DNA from: an uncultured Nitrososphaerota archaeon
GTDB taxonomy: Archaea; Thermoproteota; Methanomethylicia; Nezhaarchaeales; B40-G2
Assembly: GCA_964626365.1 (NCBI GenBank)
Contig: CAZVDL010000004.1
Coordinates: 18,178-82,177, forward strand
Length of the DNA: 64,000 nt
Direction: 5' to 3'
Numbering within the stretch: the stretch's first letter is position 1; every line of letters begins with the position of its first letter. Shown piece after piece: positions 54,088 through 64,000 of this stretch. A program made the position numbers and the translations under genes. The notes beneath the pieces were generated by a model, which was not told where the DNA came from, did no database searches, and worked only from the letters and a program-made list of their open reading frames with translations.

Positions 54088-55076
54088 AGGCGATAATTGT
54101 AGGCTTTGGCTTCATCGGGAGGAGCTTCGCTAAGGCTATTAGGGAGAAGCTAGACACGATAAGGTCCCTAGACCCAGGCTTTAAGCTCGTCGGCGTCGCT
54201 GACATAGAGGGCTACCTGCTAGACCCTAACGGCCTCGACGTAGACAGGCTGTCCTTAATAACTAGGGTGAGCGAGTATCCGGGGAGGCTCTATGAGGGAA
54301 ACGCCTTAGAGCTTATCGAGAAGAGTGAGGCCGATATCCTCGTTGAGGCCACACCAACCAACGTGGTGGACGGCCAGCCTGGGCTTTCACATATCGAGAA
54401 AGCTCTCAGCCTCGGCATGCACGTCGTGACCTCGAATAAGGGCCCTCTCGTAGTGGCCTATAGGAAGCTGACAGAGCTAGCTAAGTCTAAAGGGGTAAGG
54501 CTCCTCTTCGAGGCCACCGTCGCCGGGGCCATCCCGGTGTTCTCACTCGTTAAGAGGTGCTTAAGGGGAGATAGGATTAGGAGAATCTACGGTATCCTCA
54601 ACGGCACAACCAACTATATACTGTCGAGGATGTACTTCGACGACGTAAGCTTCGAGATCGCGTTAAAGGAGGCCCAAGAGAGAGGGTTAGCTGAGAGAGA
54701 TCCTTCATACGACGTTGAGGGGATAGATGCGGCATGTAAAGTGGTGATCTTAGCTAACGAGCTTATGGGGATGGACGTGAAGCTAAGCGAAGTGAAGAGA
54801 GTAGGTATAACTAGGATCAACAGGGAGGCCATTAAGCTAGCTAAGAAAGCGGGGTATGCTATCAAGCTTATAGCCTATGTAGGCGATAGGCTCGAAGTGA
54901 CCCCTAGGCTTGTACCCTTAAACCACCCGATATGTGTCCACGGCACCTTAAACGCCCTCCACTTCGAGACCGACTTAGCCAGGGAGCTAACGTTAATAGG
55001 GCCAGGAGCAGGAAAGGAGACGGTCTCAGCCATGATGAACGACCTACTATCGATCCTAGGAGGGGAGGCACGATAA
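54084..55076 (+). CDS. hom: Homoserine dehydrogenase (no fused ACT domain)
   Basis: IVGFGFIGRSF Rossmann start, SNKGPL, GILNGTTNYIL. Confidence 0.9.
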   Translation: MKAIIVGFGFIGRSFAKAIREKLDTIRSLDPGFKLVGVADIEGYLLDPNGLDVDRLSLITRVSEYPGRLYEGNALELIEKSEADILVEATPTNVVDGQPGLSHIEKALSLGMHVVTSNKGPLVVAYRKLTELAKSKGVRLLFEATVAGAIPVFSLVKRCLRGDRIRRIYGILNGTTNYILSRMYFDDVSFEIALKEAQERGLAERDPSYDVEGIDAACKVVILANELMGMDVKLSEVKRVGITRINREAIKLAKKAGYAIKLIAYVGDRLEVTPRLVPLNHPICVHGTLNALHFETDLARELTLIGPGAGKETVSAMMNDLLSILGGEAR

Positions 55077-55084
55077 GGGCTGTA

Positions 55085-56464
55085 ATGAAGTTTGGCGGCA
55101 AGTGCGTAGAGGACGGCTACATGATTAGGAGGTCTTCGAGTGTAGTTAAGGAGTACGTGGAGAGAGGTTGGAGAGTGGTGGCCGTGGTCTCAGCCATGGC
55201 TGGGATTACCGACTCCATACTTAACTGCCTTGGGAAAGCTGAAAGAGGGGATCTAAGGTATGTCGAGGAGTTCATGGACACGTTGAGGAGAAGACATGAG
55301 GAGGCGTTGAGGGAGGCGGTCAAAGACTCCTCGTTAAGGAGAGAAGTCGGCGAGGAGCTAACGAAGGACGAAGAAGAACTTGAAAAGCTTCTCTCAGTCG
55401 TGGCCTACCTCAAGGAGGTTACCCCAAGAACTAGGGACTACGCCCTATCCTTCGGCGAGAGACTATCTACTAGGCTGTTCTGGGGGGCTCTGAGAGATCA
55501 GGGGGTAGAGGCCGTCTACCTTACAGGCTGGGAGGCTGGAATAGTAACCGACGACTGCTTTGGCTCCGCTAGGCCTATCATGGCGTTGACCACTAGGCTT
55601 GTGCGCGAACGCCTAGAGCCCATTTTAAGTAGAGGCGCGGTACCCACGGTCACCGGCTTCGTAGCCGCCACGTCGGACGGCATCATCACCACGCTCGGTA
55701 GAGGCGGGTCAGACTACACAGCCACCATCATCGGAGCCTCGCTTAAAGTGGACGAGGTGGTGGTGTGGAAGGACGTGGAGGGGATCATGACCGCTGACCC
55801 TAAGCTGGTACCTGAGGCCAACACAATACCCGTGATGTCGTATGAGGAGGTGACGGAGCTAGCCTACTTCGGGGCCAAGGTAATGCACCCCCTCGCCCTG
55901 GAGCCAGCCATGAAGGAGGGGGTACCCATAAGGGTGAAGAGCATCTACCATCCCGAGAAGGAGGGAACCTTGATAACCAAGGTGGAGGCTACGGGCGTAG
56001 TTAAGGCAGTGACCGCCGTGAAGGACGCCGCCATAGTCACGGTCAGCGGAGCCAGCATGGTCGAGGCCCCCACCATAAGCGTAGAGGTGTTGAAAGCCCT
56101 AAGCGAGGTGGGCATACAGGCGATAATGGTATCTCAGGGCTCGTCTCAGGCTAGCATATCGCTGGCTATACCGAGGACCGCCTTGGAAAAGGCCGTGAGG
56201 AGCATTAAGAGGAGGCTTGGAGGGGAGGGTTATAGAATTGAGTTTGAGGACGACGTGTGCGTGATAGCAGCCATAGGCGCCGGTATGAGGGGGAAGCCTG
56301 GCGTCGCCGCTAGGATCTTTAAGGCGGTGGCGGAGGAGGGGGTCAACGTAAGGATGATAGCTCAAGGGAGCTCTGAGCTTAATATATCGTTCGTCGTCAA
56401 GGAGGAGGATGGAATCAAGGCCCTGAAGGCTATACACCGCGAGTTTAAGCTGGGCACTGGCTGA
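55085..56464 (+). CDS. lysC: Aspartate kinase with C-terminal ACT pair
   Basis: VMKFGGKCV start and TLGRGGSDYTA. The ORF-track extension to 54932 lies inside hom. Confidence 0.9.
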   Translation: MKFGGKCVEDGYMIRRSSSVVKEYVERGWRVVAVVSAMAGITDSILNCLGKAERGDLRYVEEFMDTLRRRHEEALREAVKDSSLRREVGEELTKDEEELEKLLSVVAYLKEVTPRTRDYALSFGERLSTRLFWGALRDQGVEAVYLTGWEAGIVTDDCFGSARPIMALTTRLVRERLEPILSRGAVPTVTGFVAATSDGIITTLGRGGSDYTATIIGASLKVDEVVVWKDVEGIMTADPKLVPEANTIPVMSYEEVTELAYFGAKVMHPLALEPAMKEGVPIRVKSIYHPEKEGTLITKVEATGVVKAVTAVKDAAIVTVSGASMVEAPTISVEVLKALSEVGIQAIMVSQGSSQASISLAIPRTALEKAVRSIKRRLGGEGYRIEFEDDVCVIAAIGAGMRGKPGVAARIFKAVAEEGVNVRMIAQGSSELNISFVVKEEDGIKALKAIHREFKLGTG

Positions 56465-56506
56465 AAACATATTTTAAGCCCAGAAATTCCTAGCTGTCTC
56501 CGGCTG

Positions 56507-57577
56507 GTGTCCATGGACAGGCTCAGGGCAGTAGTCCTAGGAGCCACCGGCATGGTTGGCCAGAGGCTAGTTAAGCTGCTTAGCCACCACGAGTACTTCG
56601 AGCTAGCCGTGGTTGCCGCTTCTCCCTCCTCAGCCGGCAAGAAGTACCGTGAGGCGGCGCATTGGTACATTGAGGGAAGTATGCCTGAAAAAGCTGCTGA
56701 GCTTAGGGTCGTTGAAACCACCGTCGAGGCGGTTAAGAGAGAGGGGGGTGTTGACGTGGCGTTCTCAGCCTTACCCGCCGACGTGGCCTTAAAGGTCGAG
56801 GCAGAGTTCGCTAAGGAGGGCGTCCCAGTCGTAAGCGACGCGAGCAGCTACCGAATGGAGCCCGACGTACCCATACTAGTGGCTGAGGTAAACCCAGAAC
56901 ACCTGGGCGTAGTGAAGCTTCAGTCCAAGAGGGGATGGAAGAGCTTCATAGTAACTAACCCCAACTGCACCACTACGGTCTTGGTCATGGCTCTTAAGCC
57001 TATTATCGACGAGTTCGGCGTAAAGAAGGTACTCGTGTCAACTATGCAGGCTGTCTCCGGCGCTGGGTGGAGTGGCGTCCCATCCATGGCCATATTGGAC
57101 AACGTGATACCGTACATAGCTAAGGAGGAGGAGAAGGTGCAGGCTGAGAGCTTAAAGATCCTAGGGACCTTTACGGGTGACTCTATTAAGCCGGCCGAGT
57201 TTAAGGTCTCAGCTAGCTGCCATAGAGTACACGTGCTGGACGGACACACAGAGGCCGTGTTCGTGGAGCTTAAGCGTGGAGCCAGTGCCCAGGAGGTCGC
57301 TGAGGTGTTAAGGAAGTTTAAGGGAAAGCCTCAAGAGCTTAAGCTGCCCACAGCTCCTCCACAGCCGATAGTGGTTAAGGACGAGCCTGACCGACCACAG
57401 CCGCGCTTCGATAGGTACGAAGGCGGCGGGATGGCGGTGGTTGTAGGCAGGATAAGGGAGGATCCAGCCTTAGACAACGGGATCAAGTTCGTGGTCCTAG
57501 GGCATAACACGATCAGAGGGGCTGCGGGTAACGCGGTACTGAACGCAGAGCTTATGGTTAAAGAGGGGGTCATTTAG
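56507..57577 (+). CDS. asd: Aspartate-semialdehyde dehydrogenase
   Basis: VVLGATGMVGQR Rossmann start and catalytic VTNPNCTT. GTG 56507 or ATG 56513. Confidence 0.9.
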   Translation: MSMDRLRAVVLGATGMVGQRLVKLLSHHEYFELAVVAASPSSAGKKYREAAHWYIEGSMPEKAAELRVVETTVEAVKREGGVDVAFSALPADVALKVEAEFAKEGVPVVSDASSYRMEPDVPILVAEVNPEHLGVVKLQSKRGWKSFIVTNPNCTTTVLVMALKPIIDEFGVKKVLVSTMQAVSGAGWSGVPSMAILDNVIPYIAKEEEKVQAESLKILGTFTGDSIKPAEFKVSASCHRVHVLDGHTEAVFVELKRGASAQEVAEVLRKFKGKPQELKLPTAPPQPIVVKDEPDRPQPRFDRYEGGGMAVVVGRIREDPALDNGIKFVVLGHNTIRGAAGNAVLNAELMVKEGVI

Positions 57578-57589
57578 TAGGATGGGATC

Positions 57590-58792
57590 GTGAAGGCGAT
57601 CGTGGTAATAGGGGACGGCATGCCAGACCTACCTGACGATAGAGGTAAAACGCCGCTAGAAGAGGCCTACCATCCAAACATGGATGAGATAGCCTCTCGA
57701 GGGATCGTAGGAGCCGTAGACCCCATACCTGACGGAATGTATCCTGGGTCCGACGTAGCTATATTAGGGTTAATGGGCTACGATCCTAAAAGGTACTATA
57801 CCGGTAGAGGGCCCCTGGAAGCAGCAGGAACAGGCGTAGAGCTACGTGAAGGAGATTTAGCCTTTAGGTGCAACTTAATAACGGTAGACCAAGGATTACT
57901 CATTGACTATTCGGCTGGGCATATAAGCGACGAGGAGGCTAAGGAGTTAGTAGCCTACTTAAACAGCAGTCTATTAACAGATGGGTACGCTAGACTATAC
58001 GTAGGCGTAAGCTATAGACACACACTTATACTTAGAGGCGGATTCTCAGACCATATCAAGTGCACACCTCCTCATGAAGCTGTCGGTAAACGCATTGAGG
58101 ACATCTTAGCGGCGCCCTTAAGTAAAGATGGAGAGCACACCGCCAAGTACCTCAACAAGCTGATCTTGAAGAGTTATGAGTTACTGGCCGAGCATGAATT
58201 AAACTTGAAGAGGGTTAAGAGGGGGTTAAAGCCGGCCAACATGATGTGGCCCTGGGGCTTTGGGAGGAAGCCGAGCTTACCGTCCTTTAAGACCCTTCAC
58301 GGCTTAAGCTCGGCCGTCATATCGGCTGTAAGCCTCGTAAAGGGGATAGGGGTCCTAGCTGAGATGAAGCTCCTCGAGGTTCCAGGAGCTACAGGTTACC
58401 TAGACACTAACTATGAGGGGAAGGCCGACTACGCGTTAAGAGCTCTCGAGGAGGGCGTGGACGTCGTGTTCATCCACGTGGAGGCCCCCGACGAGGCTGG
58501 TCATCAAGGCAGCTTTGAGCTAAAGGTTAAGGCTATAGAGGACCTGGATAAAAGGCTGCTGGGCAGGCTTCTCGATAGAGTCGGCGAGGACGTGCTCATA
58601 GCCTTGCTAAGTGACCACCTAACACCCGTATCGCTAAGAGTCCACGTCAAGGGCCCCGTGCCCTTCGCGGCAGCCAAGGCCAAGTGGGTAAAGAAGGGGG
58701 AGAAGAGGTTCCATGAAGGCTTAGTTAATGGGCTCAGCCCTCTTGACGGCCCGAGCCTACTTAAGCTCCTCCTTAACCTAAGAGCTTCTTAA
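57590..58792 (+). CDS. Cofactor-independent phosphoglycerate-mutase (ApgM) family protein; by context a candidate non-canonical homoserine kinase
   Basis: Metalloenzyme-superfamily motifs IGDGMPD and [12 protein letters not shown]. 400 aa. Lies 12 nt downstream of asd. Confidence 0.8.
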   Translation: MKAIVVIGDGMPDLPDDRGKTPLEEAYHPNMDEIASRGIVGAVDPIPDGMYPGSDVAILGLMGYDPKRYYTGRGPLEAAGTGVELREGDLAFRCNLITVDQGLLIDYSAGHISDEEAKELVAYLNSSLLTDGYARLYVGVSYRHTLILRGGFSDHIKCTPPHEAVGKRIEDILAAPLSKDGEHTAKYLNKLILKSYELLAEHELNLKRVKRGLKPANMMWPWGFGRKPSLPSFKTLHGLSSAVISAVSLVKGIGVLAEMKLLEVPGATGYLDTNYEGKADYALRALEEGVDVVFIHVEAPDEAGHQGSFELKVKAIEDLDKRLLGRLLDRVGEDVLIALLSDHLTPVSLRVHVKGPVPFAAAKAKWVKKGEKRFHEGLVNGLSPLDGPSLLKLLLNLRAS

Positions 58793-60929
58793 ACATCTTC
58801 GTGATCTCCTCGTACCTCTTTATGTCCTCGGCGGTCACGCTAGGAGGCACTATCTTAAGCGCTTCCTCGAAGTCCTTCATTGACACCCTAGAAGGCTTAC
58901 CCTCCCTCCTCAAGGTGATCATGGCTGCCTCGCGGCACACAGCCTCTATGTCAGCTCCTGTGTATCCCTCAGTGCGTTTTGCTAGCTCATCAAGGTTGAC
59001 GTCCTCGGCTAGAGGCATCCTGCGCGTGTGTACCTTGAATATCTCTAGCCTAGCTGCTAAGTCTGGGGGCGGCACGTAGATCAATCTGTCAAACCTGCCG
59101 GGCCTAATGAGAGCAGTGTCGAGTATATCTGGCCTGTTGGTGGCTGCTAACACGACCACGTTCTTAAGCGCCGTAATCCCGTCTAGCTCGGTTAGCAGCT
59201 GATTGACGAGGCGCTCAGTTACTCCTGAATCACTATATCTCATGCCCCTCGCGGGGGCTATGGCGTCTATCTCGTCGAAGAACACCACGCAGGGGGCTAC
59301 TTGCCTAGCCTTCCTGAAGATCTCCCTTATTGCTCTCTCCGACTCGCCTACCCACTTACTGAGCACCTCAGGGCCCTTGACGGTTATGAAGTTAGCCTCG
59401 CTCTCCGTAGCTACTGCTTTAGCAAGTAGGGTTTTGCCCGTGCCTGGAGGTCCATAAAGCAGTATGCCCTTAGGCGGCCTTATACCCATCTGCTCGAAGA
59501 ACTCAGGGTGCTTCAACGGCCATTCCACTGCCTCGATAAGCTGCTGTTTAACTTCGCTTAAGCCTCCAATATCCTCCCAGTGTACTTCGGGCACCTCGAC
59601 GTAGACTTCCCTTAGGGCTGAGGGCTGTACCTCCTTGAGGGCGTCTAGGAAGTCTTGCCTCGTAACCTTTAGCTTCTGTAGGACCTCGGCGGGTATAGTG
59701 CCCGTCTTGAGGTCTATTTGAGGTAGGAAGTTACGCAGAGCATTCATGGCCGCCTCGCGGGCTAAGGCCGCTAAATCGGCGCCCGTGTAGCCATGCGTTA
59801 TCTCAGCTAGCTCATCAAGGTTGACGTCCTCGGCTAGAGGCATGCCTCGAGTGTGAATCTGAAGAATCTCCTTGCGCCCCCTCTTATCCGGGACGCCTAT
59901 AGCTATCTCGCGGTCAAAGCGGCCAGGCCTACGCAGAGCTGCGTCTACGGCCTCAGGCCTATTGGTGGCCCCTATAACTATTACTTGACCCCTACTCTTT
60001 AACCCGTCCATTAGGGCCAGCAGCTGGGCTACCACTCTCCTCTCTACCTCGCCGGTCACCTCCTCTCTCCTAGGAGCTATAGCGTCTATCTCATCGATGA
60101 ATATAATGGAGGGTGCGTTCTCCTCGGCCTCCTTGAATATTTGACGAAGCCTCTCCTCGGATTCACCGTAAAACTTACTCATAATCTCGGGGCCGTTGAT
60201 GGATATGAAGTTGGCCCCAGACTCATTGGCTACAGCCTTAGCTAGCAGAGTTTTACCGCAGCCAGGAGGTCCGTAGAGCAGCACGCCCTTAGGGGGCTCT
60301 ATGCCTAAGTGCTTGAACAGCTCAGGGTGTTTAAGTGGGAGCTCGATCATCTCCCTTATTCTAGCCTTAGCGTCCTCCAGGTCGCCTATGTCCTCGTAAG
60401 TTATCCTAGGTACTGCCAGCTCTATCTCCTTGACAGGCTCTTCCCTAACCACGATCTCTGTGCCCTCAGTTACCTGGACTGCTCCAGCTGGCTGAGTTGA
60501 GGATACCACCAGCCTTAGGGCCATGCCTAAGACCGGTATGTCAACGGCGTCACCCCTGGTAAGGGGCTTACCGAGCAGCTGGTTCTTAACGTAGATGTTG
60601 AAGTCCGGGCTAAATCTATACGGCTCAGTAGGGGCTAGAACCACCCTAGACGCTGGTGAGACCTGGGCCTTTCTGACTGTAACCTCGTCGCCAAGCGATA
60701 CCTTAGCGTTCTGGCGTATAGTGCCGTCCATCCTTATGATGCCTAGGCCCTCGTCCTCAGGGTAAGCCGGCCATGCAATAGCCACCGTGCTTCTACCGCC
60801 AGTTATTTCCACGAAGTCGCCGGGCGTTAGCTTAAGGGCCTCCATGGATTTATGGTCCAGCCTGACGATACCCCTACCTACATCCCTCGGCCTAGCCTCA
60901 GCTACCCTTAATGTAAGCTTATCACTCAT
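58773..60929 (-). CDS. cdc48: Cdc48/VCP-type AAA+ ATPase, paralog 2
   Basis: Walker A motifs [15 protein letters not shown] (D1) and [15 protein letters not shown] (D2). ATG 60929 ([12 protein letters not shown]) aligns with the paralog 1 N-terminus. GTG 60938 is also in frame. Confidence 0.95.
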   Translation of the reverse strand: MSDKLTLRVAEARPRDVGRGIVRLDHKSMEALKLTPGDFVEITGGRSTVAIAWPAYPEDEGLGIIRMDGTIRQNAKVSLGDEVTVRKAQVSPASRVVLAPTEPYRFSPDFNIYVKNQLLGKPLTRGDAVDIPVLGMALRLVVSSTQPAGAVQVTEGTEIVVREEPVKEIELAVPRITYEDIGDLEDAKARIREMIELPLKHPELFKHLGIEPPKGVLLYGPPGCGKTLLAKAVANESGANFISINGPEIMSKFYGESEERLRQIFKEAEENAPSIIFIDEIDAIAPRREEVTGEVERRVVAQLLALMDGLKSRGQVIVIGATNRPEAVDAALRRPGRFDREIAIGVPDKRGRKEILQIHTRGMPLAEDVNLDELAEITHGYTGADLAALAREAAMNALRNFLPQIDLKTGTIPAEVLQKLKVTRQDFLDALKEVQPSALREVYVEVPEVHWEDIGGLSEVKQQLIEAVEWPLKHPEFFEQMGIRPPKGILLYGPPGTGKTLLAKAVATESEANFITVKGPEVLSKWVGESERAIREIFRKARQVAPCVVFFDEIDAIAPARGMRYSDSGVTERLVNQLLTELDGITALKNVVVLAATNRPDILDTALIRPGRFDRLIYVPPPDLAARLEIFKVHTRRMPLAEDVNLDELAKRTEGYTGADIEAVCREAAMITLRREGKPSRVSMKDFEEALKIVPPSVTAEDIKRYEEITKMFKKLLG
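58981..59018. repeat. 38-nt tract identical to 59806-59843 (D2 versus D1 within cdc48 paralog 2)
   Basis: GCTAGCTCATCAAGGTTGACGTCCTCGGCTAGAGGCAT occurs twice. It encodes [13 protein letters not shown] in both modules. Confidence 0.9.
59806..59843. repeat. Partner of 58981-59018
   Basis: Same 38-mer in the D1 module. Confidence 0.9.
60075..60187. repeat. Partner of 28875-28987
   Basis: Constant offset of 31200 nt. A further 29-nt exact block GCTAGCAGAGTTTTACCGCAGCCAGGAGG occurs at 29040-29068 and 60240-60268. Confidence 0.9.
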
Positions 60930-61063
60930 AGCGCCCACAGCTAGCTATCCTATTCCGCTCACTATTAAGCGTGGTGTAGGCTAATTAGCTGGGGTTAAGA
61001 GCAAGGGTTAAATGGGGGTCCCTTGAAACCCTACCCTGCTCCCAGTGGGGGTATTAAGGTTGG

Positions 61064-61471
61064 GTGATCACGTTCCAGAGGAGGTTGCGGTTCGACGGCT
61101 CCAAGTGCATTAGCTGTAGGGCCTGTCAGTTTGTTTGTTCACAACAACTTGGCACCAGTAGCTTCCTGTTCTCCGGTATCAAGGTGCCAGCTCCCTACGA
61201 GAGTACTGAGGCTACTTTCTGTAAACAGTGTAGGGAGCCTTCATGTATGGAGAGCTGCGACCTCAACGCCATCTATCAGCGAGGAGGCGTAGTCCTAATA
61301 GACTACAATAGCTGTGAAGGCTGTGGGCTATGCGTTAAGGCATGTCCATACCACGCCATGTTCTGGTCTGAAGAACTTAGGAAGCCGTTTAAGTGTACGC
61401 TGTGTAATGGCGGAGAGCCTAAGTGCGTCCAAGTCTGTCCCACGGGAGCTTTAGGGGTTGAGGAGGCTTGA
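61064..61471 (+). CDS. 4Fe-4S dicluster ferredoxin-type protein (AOR partner)
   Basis: Multiple CxxCxxC...CP motifs (CISCRACQFVC, CEGCGLCVKACP, CTLC...CVQVCP). GTG start. Confidence 0.75.
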   Translation: MITFQRRLRFDGSKCISCRACQFVCSQQLGTSSFLFSGIKVPAPYESTEATFCKQCREPSCMESCDLNAIYQRGGVVLIDYNSCEGCGLCVKACPYHAMFWSEELRKPFKCTLCNGGEPKCVQVCPTGALGVEEA

Positions 61472-63306
61472 TTAAGGGAGGATACCTGGGCAGGGTCTTG
61501 AGGGTCAACTTAACCACAAAGGAGGCTAGGGAGGAGAGGCTAAGCGAGGAGTTCATGGTGAAGTACGTGGGTGGTAGGGGATGGGCGTCAAGGATCATAT
61601 GGGATGAGTCCCTCAACGTAAAGAGCGCATTTGACCCAGACAACAAGCTAATAGTAATGACAGGGCCCTTAACAGGCCTAATGGTGCCGGGCGCGTGTAA
61701 AGTGACGGTGGCCTCCATAAGTCCAGCTACGGGAATCTATGGCGACAGCAACGTGGGCGGCCTCTTCGGGGTTCAACTTAAACAGGCCGGCTTTGACGGA
61801 GTGATTATTGAGGGGGTCAGCGAAAAACCGGTCTACCTATGGATTAACCGCAGAGGCGCCGAGTTAAGGAGCGCTGAGCATCTATGGGGTAAGGGGTCTT
61901 TAACCACTGAGTCCATGCTTAAGAAGGAGCTAGGCGACAACTCAGTGAGCATGTTGACCATTGGGCCCGCTGGGGAGAATCTCGTAGCCTTCGCCTGCAT
62001 AACCTGCGACTACGGGAACCAGGCTGGGAGGACAGGGATGGGGGCGGTGATGGGGGCTAAGAGGCTCAAGGCTATAGCCGTCAAGGGCGAGGATGGCATC
62101 CCAGTAGCCGACCCAGCTACCATGGAGAAGCTCTACACCGAGGCCCTCGACTACTTGAAGAGCAAGGACGAGTTGAGAGTATGGTGGGACCAAGGATTAA
62201 TGCAAGTGATTGAGTGGGCGCAGGAAGCCTCCTGCCTACCCACCCACAACTTTCAGCTGGCCACCTTCATTCACGCTAAGCGGATAGGCGGCGAGGCCAT
62301 CTCTAAGGCTAAGATCAGGGACGTGTCCTGCTACCTCTGCCCCATGGCGTGTAAGAAGCTAGTTGAGGCTAAAGGTAAGCTGGTGATAGGGCCTGAATAT
62401 GAGACCGCCGTCTTCTTAGGCTCCAACGTAGGGTTATCGTCACTCGAGGACGTAGCCTACGCCAACTGGTTATGCGACGAACTCGGGATGGACACCATAT
62501 CGGCGGGCTCGCTCATAGCCTTCGCCATGGAGTGCTGGGAGAGAGGACTGCTAAGAGACGATCAGGTCGAAGGGCTGGATCTAAGCTTCGGTAACGCTGA
62601 GACAGTCTTTAAGCTGCTAGAGATGATGGCGCACAGAGAGGGTCTAGGCGCAGTGCTAGCCGATGGGGTTAAGGAAGCCGCTAAGCGGATAGGTGGAGAC
62701 TCCGAGAGGTACGCTTTACATGTTAAGGGGCTCGAAGTGTCAGGGTACGACGTTAGGGCTGCACCGGCCATGGCGCTGGCCTATGCCACCGCAGATATTG
62801 GGGCTCATCACAACAGGGCTTGGGCTATAACCTACGACTTAAAGGTTGGCAGAGACAAGTATACCGAGGACAAGGTTAAGTGGGTGATATACCTACAGCA
62901 CGTGAGGCCGCTTTTCGACTGCCTAGGAGTATGTAGACTGCCCTGGGTTGAATTAGGCCTCGATCTAAGGTTCTACGAGAAGTTCTACGTAGCCGCCACT
63001 GGCATCCAGGTCGCGCTCGAGGAGTTATTGAAAGCCTCAGAGCGTATCTACAACCTGACCAGAGCCATAGGCGGAGTGAGGGGGGTCGCTAAGAAGGACG
63101 ACAGTCTGCCTAGGAGGTTCTTCGAGGACCCTATACCTGAAGGACCTCTTAAAGGAGCTAAGCTAAGCAGGGAGAAGTTCAATCAGATGCTCACCAAATA
63201 TTACGAGCTAAGGGGATGGGATCCCGAGACCGGTTTACCCACCAGGGCTAAGCTTATTGAGCTCGGCCTCGAGGACGTGGCCGATAAACTGTACGGAGGA
63301 GGTTAG
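61468..63306 (+). CDS. aor: Aldehyde:ferredoxin oxidoreductase family (tungstopterin) enzyme
   Basis: About 610 aa, with N-terminal GYLGRVLRVNLT...GGRGW and typical AOR-domain layout. TTG start overlaps the upstream TGA. Confidence 0.9.
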   Translation: MIKGGYLGRVLRVNLTTKEAREERLSEEFMVKYVGGRGWASRIIWDESLNVKSAFDPDNKLIVMTGPLTGLMVPGACKVTVASISPATGIYGDSNVGGLFGVQLKQAGFDGVIIEGVSEKPVYLWINRRGAELRSAEHLWGKGSLTTESMLKKELGDNSVSMLTIGPAGENLVAFACITCDYGNQAGRTGMGAVMGAKRLKAIAVKGEDGIPVADPATMEKLYTEALDYLKSKDELRVWWDQGLMQVIEWAQEASCLPTHNFQLATFIHAKRIGGEAISKAKIRDVSCYLCPMACKKLVEAKGKLVIGPEYETAVFLGSNVGLSSLEDVAYANWLCDELGMDTISAGSLIAFAMECWERGLLRDDQVEGLDLSFGNAETVFKLLEMMAHREGLGAVLADGVKEAAKRIGGDSERYALHVKGLEVSGYDVRAAPAMALAYATADIGAHHNRAWAITYDLKVGRDKYTEDKVKWVIYLQHVRPLFDCLGVCRLPWVELGLDLRFYEKFYVAATGIQVALEELLKASERIYNLTRAIGGVRGVAKKDDSLPRRFFEDPIPEGPLKGAKLSREKFNQMLTKYYELRGWDPETGLPTRAKLIELGLEDVADKLYGGG

Positions 63307-63309
63307 GGG

Positions 63310-64000
63310 TTGAAGGTAGGGGTTATAGGGGCCGGTAAGATAGGAGAGGCCTTGATATCAGGGCTGATAAAGGCTGGCTACGCTAAGCCAGAGGACCTCA
63401 TAGCCAGCGACATTAACGACGAGCGGCGGAGGCACATAGCCAGCGCCTACGGAGTGAGGTGCACTAAGGACAATGTGGAGGTAGCTAGGAGCAGCGAGGT
63501 GATCATTCTATCGGTCAAGCCTAAGGACGTAGCCAGCGTATTAGAGGAGATTAAGGAAGCCTTAACGCCCAGCCACCTGCTCATCTCAGTGGCTGCGGGG
63601 GTCGCTACAAGCTACATAGCTAGGGTTCTAGGCAAACCCATACCCATAGTTAGGGCCATGCCTAACGTGGCAGTGTTGGTTAGAGAGGGCATGACCGCCA
63701 TCACCGCTGGGCCCAACGCTAATGAGAGACACTTGAAGGTGGCTGAGGAGCTGTTTAGCGCCGTGGGTAAAACCGTTAGGCTGAGGGAGGAGTACTTCGA
63801 CGCGGTGACAGCGCTAAGCGGCAGTGGACCAGCTTACATGTTCCTGATAATAGAGGCTATGACCGACGCTGGGGTGAGGGTTGGGCTACCTAGGGACATG
63901 GCGAGCTTACTCTCCTCGCAGACAGCCCTTGGAGCTGCTAAGCTACTACTTGAGACTGGCGAGCACCCAGCGAAGCTTAGGGAGATGGTGACCACGCCGG
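63310..64000 (+). CDS. proC: Pyrroline-5-carboxylate reductase (3' end beyond window)
   Basis: My translation from TTG 63310: LKVGVIGAGKIGEALISGL...VKPKD...RAMPN...SGSGPAY...HPAKLREMVTTP. It is absent from the ORF track because it runs off the window. Confidence 0.85.
   Translation, partial: MKVGVIGAGKIGEALISGLIKAGYAKPEDLIASDINDERRRHIASAYGVRCTKDNVEVARSSEVIILSVKPKDVASVLEEIKEALTPSHLLISVAAGVATSYIARVLGKPIPIVRAMPNVAVLVREGMTAITAGPNANERHLKVAEELFSAVGKTVRLREEYFDAVTALSGSGPAYMFLIIEAMTDAGVRVGLPRDMASLLSSQTALGAAKLLLETGEHPAKLREMVTTP

Noticed and set aside
1-64000. Window-wide search for CRISPR arrays, IS or integrase genes, tRNA/rRNA genes, inteins, and toxin-antitoxin or defence islands.
   Set aside because: No spaced direct-repeat arrays were seen and no transposase or integrase-like ORFs. 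No GTTCGAATC-type T-loops have supporting stems. The large genes (lig, carB, cdc48, thermosomes) have normal lengths without insertions. The window reads as core chromosome.

Overview
This looks like a core chromosomal segment from a thermophilic archaeon, Thermoproteota-like in gene content, at roughly 55% GC. It is densely coded with many 1-4 nt start/stop overlaps. I found no rRNA, tRNA, CRISPR array, integrase or transposase. Gene content, in order: CBS/Mut7-C/AMMECR1 genes; a divergent radical-SAM (SplB-like)/NreA-like pair; sufC-sufB/D; ribosomal protein L35Ae; ATP-dependent DNA ligase; a type IV pilus-like operon (two prepilin-like genes, ATPase, platform protein); and a same-strand proteostasis cluster (TIP49/RuvB-like, thermosome, Cdc48, thermosome). 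Further on come ThiDN, an FTR-like/thioredoxin pair, KaiC-like, PAC2 and PriS-like genes. The COG1900 / NIL-ferredoxin / COG2122 homocysteine-biosynthesis trio follows, next to an Lrp regulator and a LarA-like gene. The rest is speH, endA, carAB, paaK, a thrC-ACT-hom-lysC-asd-apgM-like operon, a second Cdc48, ferredoxin+AOR, and a partial proC. The strongest direct observations are perfectly identical nucleotide tracts, mosaic between the two thermosome paralogs, between the two Cdc48 paralogs 31.2 kb apart, and between the D1 and D2 modules inside each Cdc48 gene. These indicate recurrent gene conversion. Other points: a pilin whose class III signal peptide has no in-frame start codon, two small zinc-ribbon ORFs below the ORF-track cutoff, an NRAMP-like transporter with substituted metal-site residues, and an apgM-family gene in the position of the missing homoserine kinase. 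I did not find a clear novel defence or mobile system. All family assignments are by eye from motifs and need HMM or BLAST confirmation.
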